NCBI GenBank assembly: GCA_033442325.1
Contig: JAWQFM010000003.1
Span: 1,394,473 to 1,458,472 of the forward strand
Source of the DNA: Salpingoeca rosetta
Lineage: Eukaryota > Protista > Choanoflagellata
Reading direction: 5' to 3'
DNA length: 64,000 bases
Shown here: positions 41,962 to 60,142 of the stretch, in pieces
How the letters are laid out: each line of letters begins with the position of its first letter
Numbering within the stretch: position 1 is the first letter of the stretch
The notes under the pieces: model-generated
Told to the model about the DNA's origin: nothing
Database searches by the model: none
Seen by the model: only the letters and a program-made list of their open reading frames with translations
Translations under genes and position numbers: made by a program

Positions 41962-43941
41962 ATGGAATGGATGAAGGCTGTGCTGAGGAAAGGGCCAAGC
42001 CCGACCTCGGACACACCACCTGCGCCGACAGAGGATGAACTCGTTCAAGATGAGGAAGGGTATCCCGTGATCCTGTCCACGGAGCGGGAGTTCCTTGCCT
42101 CTCAAGGCCTGATGATTGGCCAAAACGGCGCCGCCCTTTACCACGGCACCACAAGGTCCCATCAACCACTTGTGCTGTCCTGTGTCTGTGTTGTGTGTCT
42201 TGTGTGTGCGTGCGTGTGTGTCTGTGTGTCTGCGTGTGTATCTGTGTCTGTGTGTGTCTGTGTCTGTGCGTCTGTCTGTGTGTGTGTGTGTCTTATGTCT
42301 GTGTATGTGTGTCTTGTGTCTTTACCTGTGTATGCGTCTGCCTGTGTGTGTGTATGTGTCTGTGTCTGTGTCTGTCTGCCTGCCTGTCCGTACGTGTACA
42401 TCGGCGCCAACAGAAAGGCGGGCATCACTCACCAATGCTCTCTTGCACATGCCTCTCATGCATACATCGATCTACATACAGTCCGCCAAAGTACTACGAC
42501 TTTTTGTACAAACTTCCCACAGGCATCAACATGGATCGTGGCGGCTTTGGTCATGCAAGGTACCGTAGATGCTGTTCCAGCACACGCACACATTTATCTC
42601 AACACACAACACACACACGCACACAATCCGCATATGTACACACAACACACACACACACACACATACACATGTACACACAACACACAACACACATGTACAC
42701 ACATATGTACACATACATGTGTACACACGACACGTGCGCAGTCTTATGGTGGTGATCTTGCACTCGTCGCGTGATTCGTGTCCAGGGATGGAACCAACTT
42801 TGGGGCGGTATTCGATGGCGTGACGGCGGGGGGCCGTGTGAACGCATACGCAGCGCAGGCGTTTGCAGAATACGCGTTGCGATGGCTTGCTGTACACAAG
42901 CATCGTCTGCACCAGATAGAGGGCGAGCGGCTGCATCAGGAAGTGCACAACCTCTTCCGACAGTGCATCGCCAAGGAAAACAACCCTGGCGGAAACATGC
43001 AGGCGGAGGGCGGCAGCGCAACAGGCGTCATTGCCAGCTGTCACCGCACGCAACGCGGCCGCCTCATGCTTGTTGGCGCCACCATCGGTGATGCCTCCGC
43101 CATTGTTGTCGACCCGGACGGCGGGTGTCGCATCGTGTCGCGGTACCAGCGCTCGTGCGCAAGCGCCAAGGACACGGGCGGGCAGCTCACCATGTGCATG
43201 GGCGTGCACGGCGATATCAACACCTTCTCCGAACCGCTGACGGAGCAGAGCATCGTCATCCTCACCACAGACGGGTTCACGGACAACATCCTGCAGTCTG
43301 ACTTCTCCAACATCATTGACGTGATCCTGCGTGCGCCGTACTTTGACGACGACCCAGCCATGCGCACCTCCGTTGACAGCGACCTTTCCCGCCTGCCAGA
43401 CCTTCGCGAGCTGCGCCAGCTTGTCGGCCGTCTTGAGAGCCTCGACTCTGTGCCCTGCCGCTCCATGGTCGTGCGCGTGTCAAACTACCTCAAGTGGGTG
43501 ACGCGGGCGCTGCACGCGCGGGAACAGGACTTTTACGCGTTGCAGATTGAGATGCGCGACACAACGGAGGCGTTACTACAGAAGCAGGCGGAGCTGAAGA
43601 GGAGGAAAGCTGCAAGGCTGGAGCAAGATGGGGCGGATGCAGGGGCTGGCACGGGCGCCGCCGACAATGCTGATGGTGCTGGTGATTGCACGGGTGATGG
43701 TGGCGCGGATCAGCGGATGAACGGGGAGAGGATAAACGGCCACGCCGGTGGCGATGGTGGTGATGGTGGTGATGGTGGTGGTGAGATTGCAGCTGAGGAA
43801 GCTGAGGTGCAGCGAATGCAAGAGAAGATCAAGAGTCTTGAGGTGGACTGTGCGCGCCTGCGACAACAGCAGAAGCGACACCGTGTCGCGGGGAAGACAG
43901 ACGATGCCCTCATTGTTGCTCTACGGCCCGTCTGGCTTTAA
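41962..43941 (+). CDS. PP2C/PPM-like protein phosphatase
   Basis: Exons ~41962-42155, 42482-42559, 42786-43941: INMD..FGAVFDGV..ATIGDASA..ILTTDGFTDN..GKTDDALIVAL, i.e. the PPM metal-binding Asp motifs in order. Confidence 0.8.
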
Positions 43942-44959
43942 TTGTTCGTATGTGTATGTGTCTGTGTCTGTGTGTGTCTATGTGTCTGTGTGTCTGTTTG
44001 CAAGTCAATGTGTACCTCCATACAAGTTCATTTGTGTTCGTGTGTCTGTTGCCCCCTTCACCCTTTATCTGCCAGCCAATCCTCTGTGGCATTGCCTTGT
44101 TCTTGTTGCGGCTGTGTGGTCTACATCTGGGATGTATCACGCTCCTCTACCCCCCCCAGCCTCTTTCCCCCACTCATTCTTCTCCCAGCCCCCTCCCACC
44201 TTCTTCTTCACCCTCACCCAAAGCCTTTGTTTTTTTTTTTTTTTTTCTTGTGTTCCCCTGTGCACTTGCGCGTGTTATCCTCCCAAGCAACGCCGTTGTT
44301 CCCTCTCTTCTTGTGTTTGTGTGAATGTGCACAGCACTGTGCTTGTTTTGTTGCAGCGGCCTGTCGTGCCTCCCCCTCCCCCTCCCCCTCCCCCTAAACT
44401 CTCGCTCTTTTCCCCGCTCTTTGTCCTTCGTTCCGTGTGCCTTTCTGCTTTGCTTGCCTTGAGTATGTGAGGGCGCACTTGTACACAACTTGCCGTCCTA
44501 CTTGGCCGTGTCCCCCATCCGTCCGTCCCTTCACCTGTCATGTCACATCTCACCACGTCACATCATTCACTACCGACACATTGCGCGCACCACCATGCAT
44601 CATCGTCTGCTTGCTTCTCTTGTCTGCCCTTTCATCCTTTCATGCGTCGTCCTTTGTTGCTTGTCCTCTTGTATTGTGTGTGTGTGTGTGTGTGTGTCTC
44701 AATTCAGTGTGTATGTGTCGCTTGCTCTGCTGTGACCCCTTGCGTTACCCTCATCCAATACAGCCAGACAGCCGGCCAGCCAGGGAGCAAAGACAAGGAG
44801 AGGGCGTGTGTGTGTGTGTGTGTGTGTGTTTGTGTGTGTGTGTTTGTGTGTGTGTGTTTGTGTGTGTGTGTGTATTTGCATTCTTTTGTGCCGCACACAA
44901 AACAGCTCAGCACCACCAACACAAACAACAAGCAAGAAGTGAAGCAAGAAGCAGGCACC

Positions 44960-46630
44960 ATGTCTGAGCTCGCAGACAAGCTGGCGCGCCGCGCACGCAT
45001 CAACGAGGGCGGTGAGAAGCCTGCCATGGCAAGCTCCTCGCGCTTCAACCCATATGTGGAGTTCCCGGACATGACCCGCAAGGAAATCAAGGAGTACGAG
45101 AAGATGTTCAAGAAGGTGGGCTGTGTGTGTGTGTCTGTGTGTGTCTGTGTGTGTCTGTGTTTGTCTGTGTGTGTGTCTGTATGTGTGTGTGTGTGTGTGT
45201 GTCTGTGTGTGTGTGTCTGTGTGTGTGTGTCTGTGTGTGTGTGTCTGTGCATGTGTGTGTGTGTCTGTGTGTGTCTGTCTGTGTGTGTCTGTCTGTGTGT
45301 GTCTGTCTGTGTGTGTGTCTGTGCGCTTGTCTGAGATATGGGTTCACTGAGATTATCATGCGTGGAGATGATGGTGCGTGCGCGCCCACTAAACAACATA
45401 CTCACTCACTGACGTTCACTCACACACGTACACGTGCGCTACTCCTGCTGTTTACATCTCAACCACAGTACGACACGAGCCGGGACGGCTTCATTGACCT
45501 GATGGAGCTCAAGTACATGATGGAGAAGCTTGAACACCCACAGGTGAGACAACCTGACAAGATGCCTGTAGCCGCGCACAAGTGCCCCTCCCACCTCAGC
45601 TGCACGCCCTCCCGTTCCTCCTTGCCACTGCTGTCATGCACGCGTGTGCACTGCTCCTGCCCCTGACCGTGCTGCTGCTGCTGCTCTCGTTGTGCTTGAC
45701 GCTGTGTCCTGTTGGCAGACCCACGTTGCCTTGAAGGCGATGATCTCAGAGGTTGACGAGGACAACGATGGACAGATCAGCTTCCGCGAGTTCCTCCTCA
45801 TCTTCCACAAGGTAATCAGCAGTCCCACATGTGCTGGGGGCGCGCCCGTATCTGTCTTCTCAGCTGTGCAGCACCGCAGCCTCGTGTGTACTGTCAACAC
45901 TGCGGATCATTCATGTGCTATTGCTGTTGGTTGTTGTTGCTGTTGAGTGTTGGTTGTTGCTGCTGGCTGTTGGTGTGTTGGTTGTGCTGCTAGCTGTTGG
46001 TTGTTGCTGCTGTTCCACCCACTCACGCATACACAACACACACACACACACGTGGCAGGCTGCGCGCGGAGAGCTGCAGGCAGAGGGCCTGTCGCAGATT
46101 GCAGACTCTGTGGATGTGTCGGAGGTTGGTGCCAAGGGTGCTGCATCCTTCTTCGAGTCACTCGCAGCAAAGCAGGCGCAAGCAAACAAGTTTGAGGAGG
46201 AGATCAAGGCGGAGCAAGAGGAGAAGAAGCGCGAAGCAGAACTCGCCCGCAAACGCAAGGTGCGAGCCCTGTGTCTATGTGTGTGTGTCTGTGCTGTGTG
46301 TCTGAGCTGTGTGTCTGTGCTGTGTCTGTCTGTCTGTCTGTCTGTGTCTGTGGCTGTGGCTGTGTCTGTGTCTGTGTCTGTCTGTCTGCCTATCCCTTGT
46401 TTATACATCTGCCTGTACATCTGTCTCTACAGCTGCCTGTACATCTGTGTCTACATCTGTCTTTACATCTGTGTCTACAGCTGCCTGTACATCTGTGTCT
46501 ACAGCTGTCTGTACACTCCGACGCACCTCTGCCCAAACCGCACAAACACCGAAGTCACACTCATGCTCCACCACTTTCACCCCATTTTTACCAGGAGGAG
46601 TTCAAGAAGAAGTTTTCCAACTTCCAGTGA
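44960..46630 (+). CDS. EFHD2: EF-hand domain protein D / swiprosin
   Basis: [35 protein letters not shown] / [25 protein letters not shown] / [29 protein letters not shown] / [34 protein letters not shown] / [11 protein letters not shown]. Likely co-orthologue of EFHD1/2. Confidence 0.93.
46403..46515 (+). repeat. 12-bp-period tandem repeat (TACATCTGTGTC / TACAGCTGCCTG variants) in EFHD intron
   Basis: About nine degenerate tandem units. Confidence 0.8.
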
Positions 46631-47167
46631 CATGTGATGCCCTCACTGCCGCGTGCACACCACCGCATATCACCGCACATCCCAAACCCACCGTGTCTTG
46701 CTTTTGCTTGCATTGCTTGATTGATTGGCCTTGTGCTTGCCCCTGCTCTCTACCCGCACACACTCTCCACATGCCCTTTGCCCTTGTACCATTTGTACCT
46801 GTACAAGTTTCCTTGCAACTTTCCTTGTGTTTGAATGGCTGCCACCCCGTGCCTGTCTGTACACCCGTCATCCTCTCCCGCCACCGCTGCTGTTGCACGG
46901 TGTCCACCTCTTTCCGTGTCCTATCATTGAATGACCACGTGGATCTTTGACTGCTGAGCTGTTGCATTGTCGCATGAATGTATTCACTTTGGCATGCTTA
47001 CATTGCCAACACACACACAAGCACACACAGACACAAGCACATACAAACACAGCATGCACACAATATGACGTGCAGCAACACACATGCACGTCCATTCGCG
47101 CCCAACACCCGCCAGCCACTTCACCAACCACCACCAACACTGTCTTTGTCTCTCTCCCACCCCACGT

Positions 47168-48576
47168 CTACCTAAGCCCCGCCACGGGCCGGATGTTGAG
47201 TGTCTGCAGCACTTCGAGATAGCGGGGGAAGTCCTTGCGCTTGAGGTATTGCAGCAGCTTGCGCCGCTTCTGCACCATTGCCAGCAGCCCGCGCCTGATG
47301 ACCCAAAAAAGGAAGGTTGAGGGGTGACATGGGGAAAGAGTTAGGATTACATGGCCCAACGGGGAAGAGGATGCAATAAGCATGGTGAGGTGACAGCGAC
47401 AATCGGTTGCCTTGGACGCGGTGTCTACACAGTTCACCACCCACTTGCTTGCTTACACAATTCTGACGATTGCCTGCCCCTCCTCTCACCCCCCACGCCC
47501 TCCACGCCCTCCATTCCCTCCGCACCCTTACAGCACCATCGTGTTGTTTTTTCTCTTACCGCCCGTGGTTGTCCTTTCTGTGCTTCTGGAAGTGGGGGAT
47601 GAGTGATTGGATGCGGGCAGTCAGAGCAGCCACCTGCGCAGCCGTCGAGCCGACGTTGCCATCGCGGCCCTCAACCTTGTTAATTGCCTGCGAGAGCACG
47701 TTCGGACAAGGCAACAGATGTTGGAGGTGAGGGTGGGTGGGCGTCAAGACTCAACAACTTGCAACCAAGCTTCAACACAGCAGCCGCCGCCGCGCACGTG
47801 GGCGAGAACACAGCACTGCACGCAAGGCGGGCATCGCAATGAACTTCAAGGAGTTGGATGCACTGCTCACCTGCTGGATGCGCAACTTTGTCAGCTCTGC
47901 TTGCGATGCAAAGCTGGCATGGAATGTCTGCACAGTAGCACAGCAGTGCATGAGAACCGTGACACAAACGCAAGCAACCACAGCCAGCCAGATATCACAT
48001 ACATGAACCACGGCACACACACACACACACGCACACACACACACACCTACAAACGCACGTGTGACTGACTGCACAGACGTATGGCGTTCAAACACAATAC
48101 ATCGCACATCAACACGCTGAGAGATGTACAGTTCTGTGCATGTGAAACGGCACGGCACGACACACCTGTGCGACAATGGCGTCTGCGCCGCACTCCACCA
48201 GCGCGTCCTTGTAGTGGCGAGAAAATTGTTGCGGGTCCTCAAAGTCCGGATGAGACAGCCAATCAAGGTCTGTGTTACTTGCTTCTGCATCGAGACTGCT
48301 CACATCCACGTTGACCACGCGGTCGAGCACAGGGTCGCTCTCGCTATCCGTCTTCCCTGGCACAGCACACGAGTTGGACGTGTGCATGCGAGCGACACGT
48401 GAGGGCACATGCCACTTGCATGCTCGCGCCAGTGCTGCTGGTGCCGCAGCTGTGAGGGTTCTCCTGTAAGAGGGTGGAGCCACGCACGACCCCGCTGCCC
48501 TGGCTCCAGTACCGAGGTGAAGCGCATGGGACCGAGGCACCACGGCACCCACCACCCGCTGCACACGCTGCATCAT
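47168..48576 (-). CDS. MRPS15: Mitochondrial ribosomal protein S15 (uS15m)
   Basis: Presequence exon, then [14 protein letters not shown] / [38 protein letters not shown] / [35 protein letters not shown]. Confidence 0.92.
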
Positions 48577-48709
48577 CGCCGCTGTTGCTCTGCCTTCTTC
48601 CCGTGCGTGAGGTGTTGATAATTGGCGGTGTTGTTCGCAAATCTTCACGACTCACAACTTCGCTCACCGCCAACAACAACCAGCAGCAACCAACAACAAC
48701 CACACCACC

Positions 48710-48790
48710 ATGTCCCTGCCACCGACGGCCACCGCTTCCCTAGTGGAGGAAGTCGACAGTGAGTCTTGTGTCGCTGCGCATGCATATGCA

Positions 48791-48838
<48 letters not shown>

Positions 48839-49767
48839 CGTATGTGTGTGTGTGTCTGTGTTTGTGCATGCGTATGTCTGTGTGTGTCTGTGTGCTTGCT
48901 ACGGGACGGAAGTGCCCGTTGGTCGTCAGTTCGACACACCCATCTCCATGACTTGCGTTGATCTCGCTCACGCCGATGCCTTCACTTGTACGTGTGTGTG
49001 TGTGCGTGCATGTGTGTGCGTTCTTTTGCCTAGAATGCCTCATCTGCGTGCTACGGGATGGAAGAAAGTTGATTGGTTACCTTCGCACCGTCGATCAATT
49101 CGGTGCGCCGAGTGGAACAATCTGTGTGTGTGTGTGTGCGTGTGTGTGTGTGTGTGTGCATGGGCACCAATGAGAATGCAAAGGTGCTCGTGTACACTAA
49201 ATGCAGTGCACAGCACCTTGTATACGGTCCGGTGAATCCAACTTGACTGCCTCAAACACGTGCGCACCCGTGCAAATACACACACACACTCATTTGCGTT
49301 TGCACAAGCCAACATACTGTCGGCAGTCCCTGTATCGAGCGTACCTTTAAATCTTTGCCCGTCCACCTGCTAATATATGCACTGCTTGCTCTGTGACACC
49401 AGCCAACCTTGTGTTCCAGGATGCAGTTGAGCGCATTTACGTGGATGACTATTACGGGGATATCCAGCAAGGCATTGTCATTGTACGCGGAGAGAACGTT
49501 GTTCTGCTGGGCGAACTGGTGCGTCTCAGAACCGCATGCGTCACCGCATCTATCACATCATGCACCGCTGGCTGCATTGCTCTCCCAGCATCTACTTATT
49601 GGCCGGTGAAACCACATCACCACCCTCAGGCCTTTCTTGACTGTCTCACATTTGCCGATTTAGTTTACCAACTGCTTGATGTTTGTTGCTTGCTTTCTCT
49701 CACCGTATCGCAAACACACACACTCACACACACGCATACACACACACGCACACACACCCTCTCTCGT

Positions 49768-49840
<73 letters not shown>

Positions 49841-50088
49841 CATGAACACATACACACACTCCCTCTATCGTATGTACACAAACACTCGCACACGCATTTA
49901 CTCTCACGCACATTCGTTTGCAGGATGCTGAGAGTGCACAGAACAGCAAGTTGACGCGGGTGAGTGCGGCGGACATTCTGCAGAGGAAACAAGTACAGCT
50001 TGAGGAGAGGAAGAAGAGCGAGCAGGAGGAGAGGCAACGGCGACTGACAATGCAGCGTGAACAGCCAGATATTGTCGATGACTTTTAG
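48710..50088 (+). CDS. LSM1: Sm-like protein LSm1 (mRNA decapping activator)
   Basis: TASLVEEVD / KCLICVLRDGRKLIGYLRTVDQF / ANLVFQDAVERIYVDDYYGDIQQGIVIVRGENVVLLGEL / charged C-terminal helix, TAG 50086-50088. Confidence 0.93.
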
Positions 50089-50703
50089 GCAGTGCGTGTA
50101 CCTCTCGTGTGTGTCTCTGTGTGTGTTTGTCCGTCTGTTTGTGTGTGTGTGTGTGTGCTTGTGCATCTGTGTGCGTTGCTGTCGGCTTCTCTCCTTTGTT
50201 ACGATACCTGGCTCGTTCTGCTGTTGTTCGCACACATGTGTTTAAACGTCTGTTCTGTCCTCGTGTGTACGTGTGTGCATGTGTGTGCGTGTATGTGTGT
50301 GTGTGTGTCGTCGGTGTGAGCAGCTGCGTGTTCAGTGGCGCTCGTGCGCCCACGAACTTGTATTGTTGCATGCGCGCGCGCTTCGTGCCATGCCGTTTGC
50401 CATTCATCGTGTCATGTAACTTGTGGAATATTTGGCCACGTGTCACGCAACACGCGCGAGCCAGTGAACATCATTACGAGAAAAAGCAAAGAAAAGGAAC
50501 CAGCCAGACGGGAAAGGGCCGGAAGAAGAAGTAACACACGTCTCGAGTCGTGATGTGTCTCGTCACATCCTATCACATCACACTGCACATCACGGGTAAC
50601 ACGGATCAAGTGAAGCGTGTAACACCCACACGCCACGATATGAAACCTCCCCCCCCCCCTCCAACACAAACACATCACCACCACCACCACCACCGCTGCT
50701 TGA

Positions 50704-54970
<4,267 letters not shown>

Positions 54971-55163
54971 CGTTGTCCGTGTCAGACTCAGTGAAGAAAA
55001 CTAATGCATATCTTCTCTCAATCCTCCACAATACCCTGCATTCGCCAGCTTGCTTGTCTCCACTCCTTGCTTGCTTGTTTTGTGTTTGTTGTCCTTCCGT
55101 CCTCAGCTGTCCGCTGCACCACCGTCACAGACCAACAAGACCAAACTCACTGACCCCAAGATC

Positions 55164-55305
55164 ATGTGCGTGTGCGACCCATCGTTAGGGGCATCGAGCT
55201 GCCGTGTTGCTTGTTCGTGTGTGTGTGTGTGCGTGTGTGTGTGTGTGTGTGTGCGTGCGTGTGTGTGTGCGTGCGTGTGTGTGTGCGTGCGTGTGTGTGT
55301 GCGTG

Positions 55306-55385
<80 letters not shown>

Positions 55386-56424
55386 CGTTGCCCTGTCACA
55401 AACGCCACCACCACCACCACCACCACTACCACCACCACGACTACCACTACCACTGAGGCAATCGTTCATGACTGACGTTTGAGGCTATGCGCTGTTGACT
55501 GGCAGGACATCCACGACACAGGACGACAGTGAGGAGGCATGGACCAACGCTGTCCTCCAGGCTGTACCGTACGTGTGATGCGTGTGCGTGGTTTTTGTGG
55601 GTGGGGGGTTTCGTGTGACTGAAGTACACAGCGTCAGCGCGTGAACACACGCCCGACCAGCACTGTAGCTGGTGCTCACGATGCACGGTTTGTGTGCTGG
55701 TTGCCATCCCAAAGGTGGTACCATCCTGCAACAGATCGGCATCTGGCGGAAGTCATGTTGTTGGACAACGGCGTCAGTGGAAGGTACACAAGACCCGTGG
55801 GATCATGTCATCACCTTCACACGCTCACACACATACATACATTGAGTCGCAGGCGATCACAAACACATCTCTCACTCACACATACTCACACTCACATACT
55901 CTTACGCACCTCACTCACTCACTCACTCTCTCACTCACAAACACACATGTACACACATGCACACACACACACACGCACACACACACGCACACACATACGC
56001 ACGCTCACATACATGTGTTCATGCATCCTGGCGCAATTGATTTGATCCTTGCAGCTATTTGCTTCGCAAGAGCTCGAGTGCACGTGGCTACGTGATGTCT
56101 GTGCGCTGTCAGTCTTCAGTACAACACTTTGAAGTGTCGCCTTGTCCCGACGGGGTACGTTCTTGGCGTTGCCATGCCACCCGCCTTGACTTTGCCCACC
56201 ACGAGATCTTGATCGTACCTCCCTGCATTGACACCAACGCAGCGCACACCTGCATATCCTGCACACATTCACGCCATGCACGCCCATGAACGTGTTTACA
56301 GAAGTCGTATCGCTTGGGATCGCGGGAGTTCAGCACGCTGGAGGAGTTTGTGCAACACGTGGCTGCCAAACCAGCCCTCAAAGGCGTATCAGGTACAGCA
56401 ACCATTCACTGCCTCTGCTTGCAT

Positions 56425-56481
<57 letters not shown>

Positions 56482-57000
56482 GGAGTTGCAGCAGCGATGC
56501 CTGTCCCTCATCTTCTGCGAATTAACCCACTGCTGACACGTGAAGGGTCTGTTATCTCTGCATGCATGCGCGCGTGTGTGATATTGCAGGCTTTGTCACG
56601 GTGTTGGAGACACCATACAACCGCGTGACGTCAGAGGAAAAGAACTTTGCACAAGTGCGTCCTGTGATTGTGCTGCACGTGTTCTGTAATAAATGTCCTG
56701 CCTTGAAAGCCCGAATCGCCACAATATGCACGCCCACCTTTCATCCATCTCGTGTGTGTGTGTTTTCTTGTGCGACCGCTCATGCTCTGTGTTCGTGTGT
56801 GTGTGTGTGTGTGTGCACATGTGCATGTGTGTTGTTTTGGGCACACGTTCACGCTCTGTATGTCTGACAGATAGCAAAACCCATTGGCGGGGAGGCGCAT
56901 CGATTTGTACAGACGCGCAGGGAACCGGACGAGCCCCAGCGGTCACTTGCCAGCGGTGCACGCGAGGGATACCTGGTCAAGCGCGGCAGGGTCGTCAAGG

Positions 57001-57079
<79 letters not shown>

Positions 57080-57833
57080 GGGTACGTGTGCGTGTGTGGG
57101 GGGAAGGGGAGGGTCTTGGAGGCATTCGTGCCCTGCTTGCTTGGGTGTGATTGCTAACAATTTTGCTGTTTGTCTTTGGACCCTGACATGTGTGGTCTCA
57201 CCTGCCACACCAATTACAGAACTTGAAGGAGAGGTGGTTTGTGGTCGATTCAACCAACTTTGCATACTTCAAATCCCAACAGGTGCGTGTGTGTGCGTGT
57301 GTGTGCGTGTGTGGACGCGCGACGAACTCACAGCTGTACGACAATTGTTGATGTCATCGTCTCCACATGTGCTCACTCTTCCCTCCCACACCGCGCCTAC
57401 ACCACCATCACTACCATCCTGCACAAACATCAGACACCGCAAGCCATTCGCACAATCCCGCTCAACCTCGCAGAAAATGTCATTCCGACGATTGATGCGC
57501 CGCGACCAGACCTCTTCGGCTTCGGGTGAGCTGCTCTGTGTCTGTGTCTGTGTCTGTGTCTGTGTGTCTGTGTCTCTGTCTGTGTGTGTGTCTGTGTCTC
57601 TGTGTGTGTCTGTCTGGGCCATTGCTTGTTCTTTGTTTTCTGCTTCTTTCTTTCCCATGCGCTCACATTGTAAACGAATCTACGCTGCTGTTGCAGGATT
57701 GCGTTTCCCAAGCGAACCTTTCGTCTCTTTGCACACACCCTCCAAGACAGGAAGACATGGGTGGAATTCCTGCAGTGGGCGCTGGTAAGCAGCAACACGT
57801 TGTGCCTCTGTGTGTGTGTATGTGTGTGTATGT

Positions 57834-57869
<36 letters not shown>

Positions 57870-58136
57870 AACGTTGTTGCTTGTGGTCTTCTTCCTCCGT
57901 TCGCACTGGCACAAATGCATTTCCTGAAATACACACTCTCGGACACTCGCACACTCACGCACTCACACTCACTCACACACTCACACTCACACTCACTCAC
58001 ACACACGCGCGCACAATAACCGCAGAAGGCGAGCAAGTCTGGGGAGTCGGGTGGGAGCCGGTACGTGTCCCTGCAGCCGCTTTTGGACGAGCAGCAGACG
58101 GCAGCGGAGGACCAAGACGATCAGGCTGACGACTGA
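55164..58136 (+). CDS. DAPP1: DAPP1/Bam32-like SH2-PH adaptor
   Basis: SH2: WYHPATDRHLAEVMLLDNGVSGSYLLRKSS..YVMSVRC..VQHFEV..FSTLEEFVQH..VLETPY; PH: REGYLVKRGRVVKNLKERWFVV..RTFRLFA..WVEFLQWAL; last exon 58026-58136. First exon and start tentative. Confidence 0.82.
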
Positions 58137-58293
58137 CGACATGCACGCAAATTTGCATTGACACGCGAATCTCTGTGATGGGCTTTTGATGAGTGCACGC
58201 ATATGTGCGTGACAGAGAGTGATTGCTTATGCTCATGCGTGTGTGCGTGCGTGCGGGTGTGTTAAGAGAATGAATGCGTATGGTTACGCTCGC

Positions 58294-58324
<31 letters not shown>

Positions 58325-58906
58325 AGTGTGTGTGTGTGTGTGTGTGAGTGAGTGAGAGAGTATTTGTTCTCTGTGTGTCCAGATGCCTTGTGCTGTTTAT
58401 GCAACTTGACTGAAATGATTTGATGATGGTGACGTGTGACGCCTTTGCAGACAACAATTAACATCCTCGAGAATCCGTTCAATGTGTCACTTGTGTACAT
58501 TCAAGCAACAAAAGAAGAAGGGGTGGGGACAACGCTGTGGTGGTATTCAATAACCAAACTAGCACAGAGCAAGAGATCAGCAGTCCACTGTGGTATTCAT
58601 TCACACAGAGAAAAGGGGGGGGGGGTAACCGAGATGGAAGCGGGGTAAAGATGGCACCATGTCGACAGAAGGCACTCGTCAAAGAAAGCAAAGGTGTCCC
58701 ACTTTGTGCGATTATGGTCGTACGTGCATGCAAGACATGGTATCATGACTGAAACAAGCAAGTAAGCTGCTGAGGGGGAAGAAAACAACAAAACACAGGG
58801 TAAGGTGTGGATTTGATGCACCACATCAAATAGAAAAACATACATGCAACAAAAAACAACACCAAGTCAACAATATGAAACGGCACGCACACACACACAC
58901 ACACAC

Positions 58907-58964
<58 letters not shown>

Positions 58965-59020
58965 GCACAGTGTACAAGTGTGTGGGTGTTCCTTTCAAGT
59001 GCACACAGCGTCTGCAGCCA

Positions 59021-59486
59021 TCACATTGGAACATAGCTGGAGCGTGCTGTGCCGTGCCCAAGCGTTAAAGGCTCGTTCGGTTTCTGCCACCCAGTAACAC
59101 AAATACAAACGCAGACGCACACGCACACAGCACAGGCACACAGGCATTGTACATGACGTGAGTGTCGACATTGTGATGGTGTCCTCCATTCATGGGAACA
59201 AAACATTGAAAACACATGCAAGCACATACAAACTTGCACGCATGCGAGCACAGGCAAGCACGCAGTTGTCGAACGCACGTCTGCGTATTGCTCGTCGAGG
59301 GCAATGGAGGTGCGACGCGTACGAGAGCGCATAGCTCGAAACGACGCCTGCAAAACCAACCAATCGCACAGACACACGCACATACATCATGAGGATAAGC
59401 GCAACGCTAGACATCAAGGCCATGTGCGCAAGAAGCGCGCGCACATGTACGCTCAGATGCGCGCACACTTCCACACTTCCACACTT

Positions 59487-59566
<80 letters not shown>

Positions 59567-59765
59567 ACACACACACACGTACGCACGGCTGCTCGCATCA
59601 CCTTTCTTGGGGGATCGCGGAGAAGGTCTTGATATTTGTCCGCCTAAAACAGCCACACAAATGTAGTGACAGGGAGAAAAGACAGTGAGATGAATGAGAC
59701 AAAGAGTCATAATTTGAATGCGTTGTATTGCGTCTGCTATGGATCCTTGAACCATTTCACATCGT

Positions 59766-59801
<36 letters not shown>

Positions 59802-60089
59802 ACACACGCATGCACAATAGTGAGCGAAGCAAGGACGGCCGCGTGTGGATACCGTGGCTGTGCTGGGCTTGTCCCGATCTGTGCCTTGCAACACGCGGAA
59901 GCGGGTGTCCTGCACAACGAGCTTTGACTGCCATTCCTGTTTCTCACGGCTCCTGGCTTCTGACTCGTCATCATGTGACTGTACACATGGAACACCGGGT
60001 CGTGACCGCAAAGTGAGACTTGGCATTGGGGCAAAACACATCGGGGTGCAAGTTGTGATAAACGTGAACATGCGTGCACGACCGCACAC

Positions 60090-60142
<53 letters not shown>

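Noticed and set aside
42742-42800. Apparent in-frame UGA (42772-42774) between 'SYGGDLALVA' and 'FVSRDGTNFGAVFDG', suggesting a novel seleno-PP2C
   Set aside because: The upstream exon ends in phase 2 (donor 42560) and is only compatible with the acceptor at 42785, giving ...GHA-R-DGTNFG. The UGA is therefore intronic, and motif 1 is supplied by INMD.
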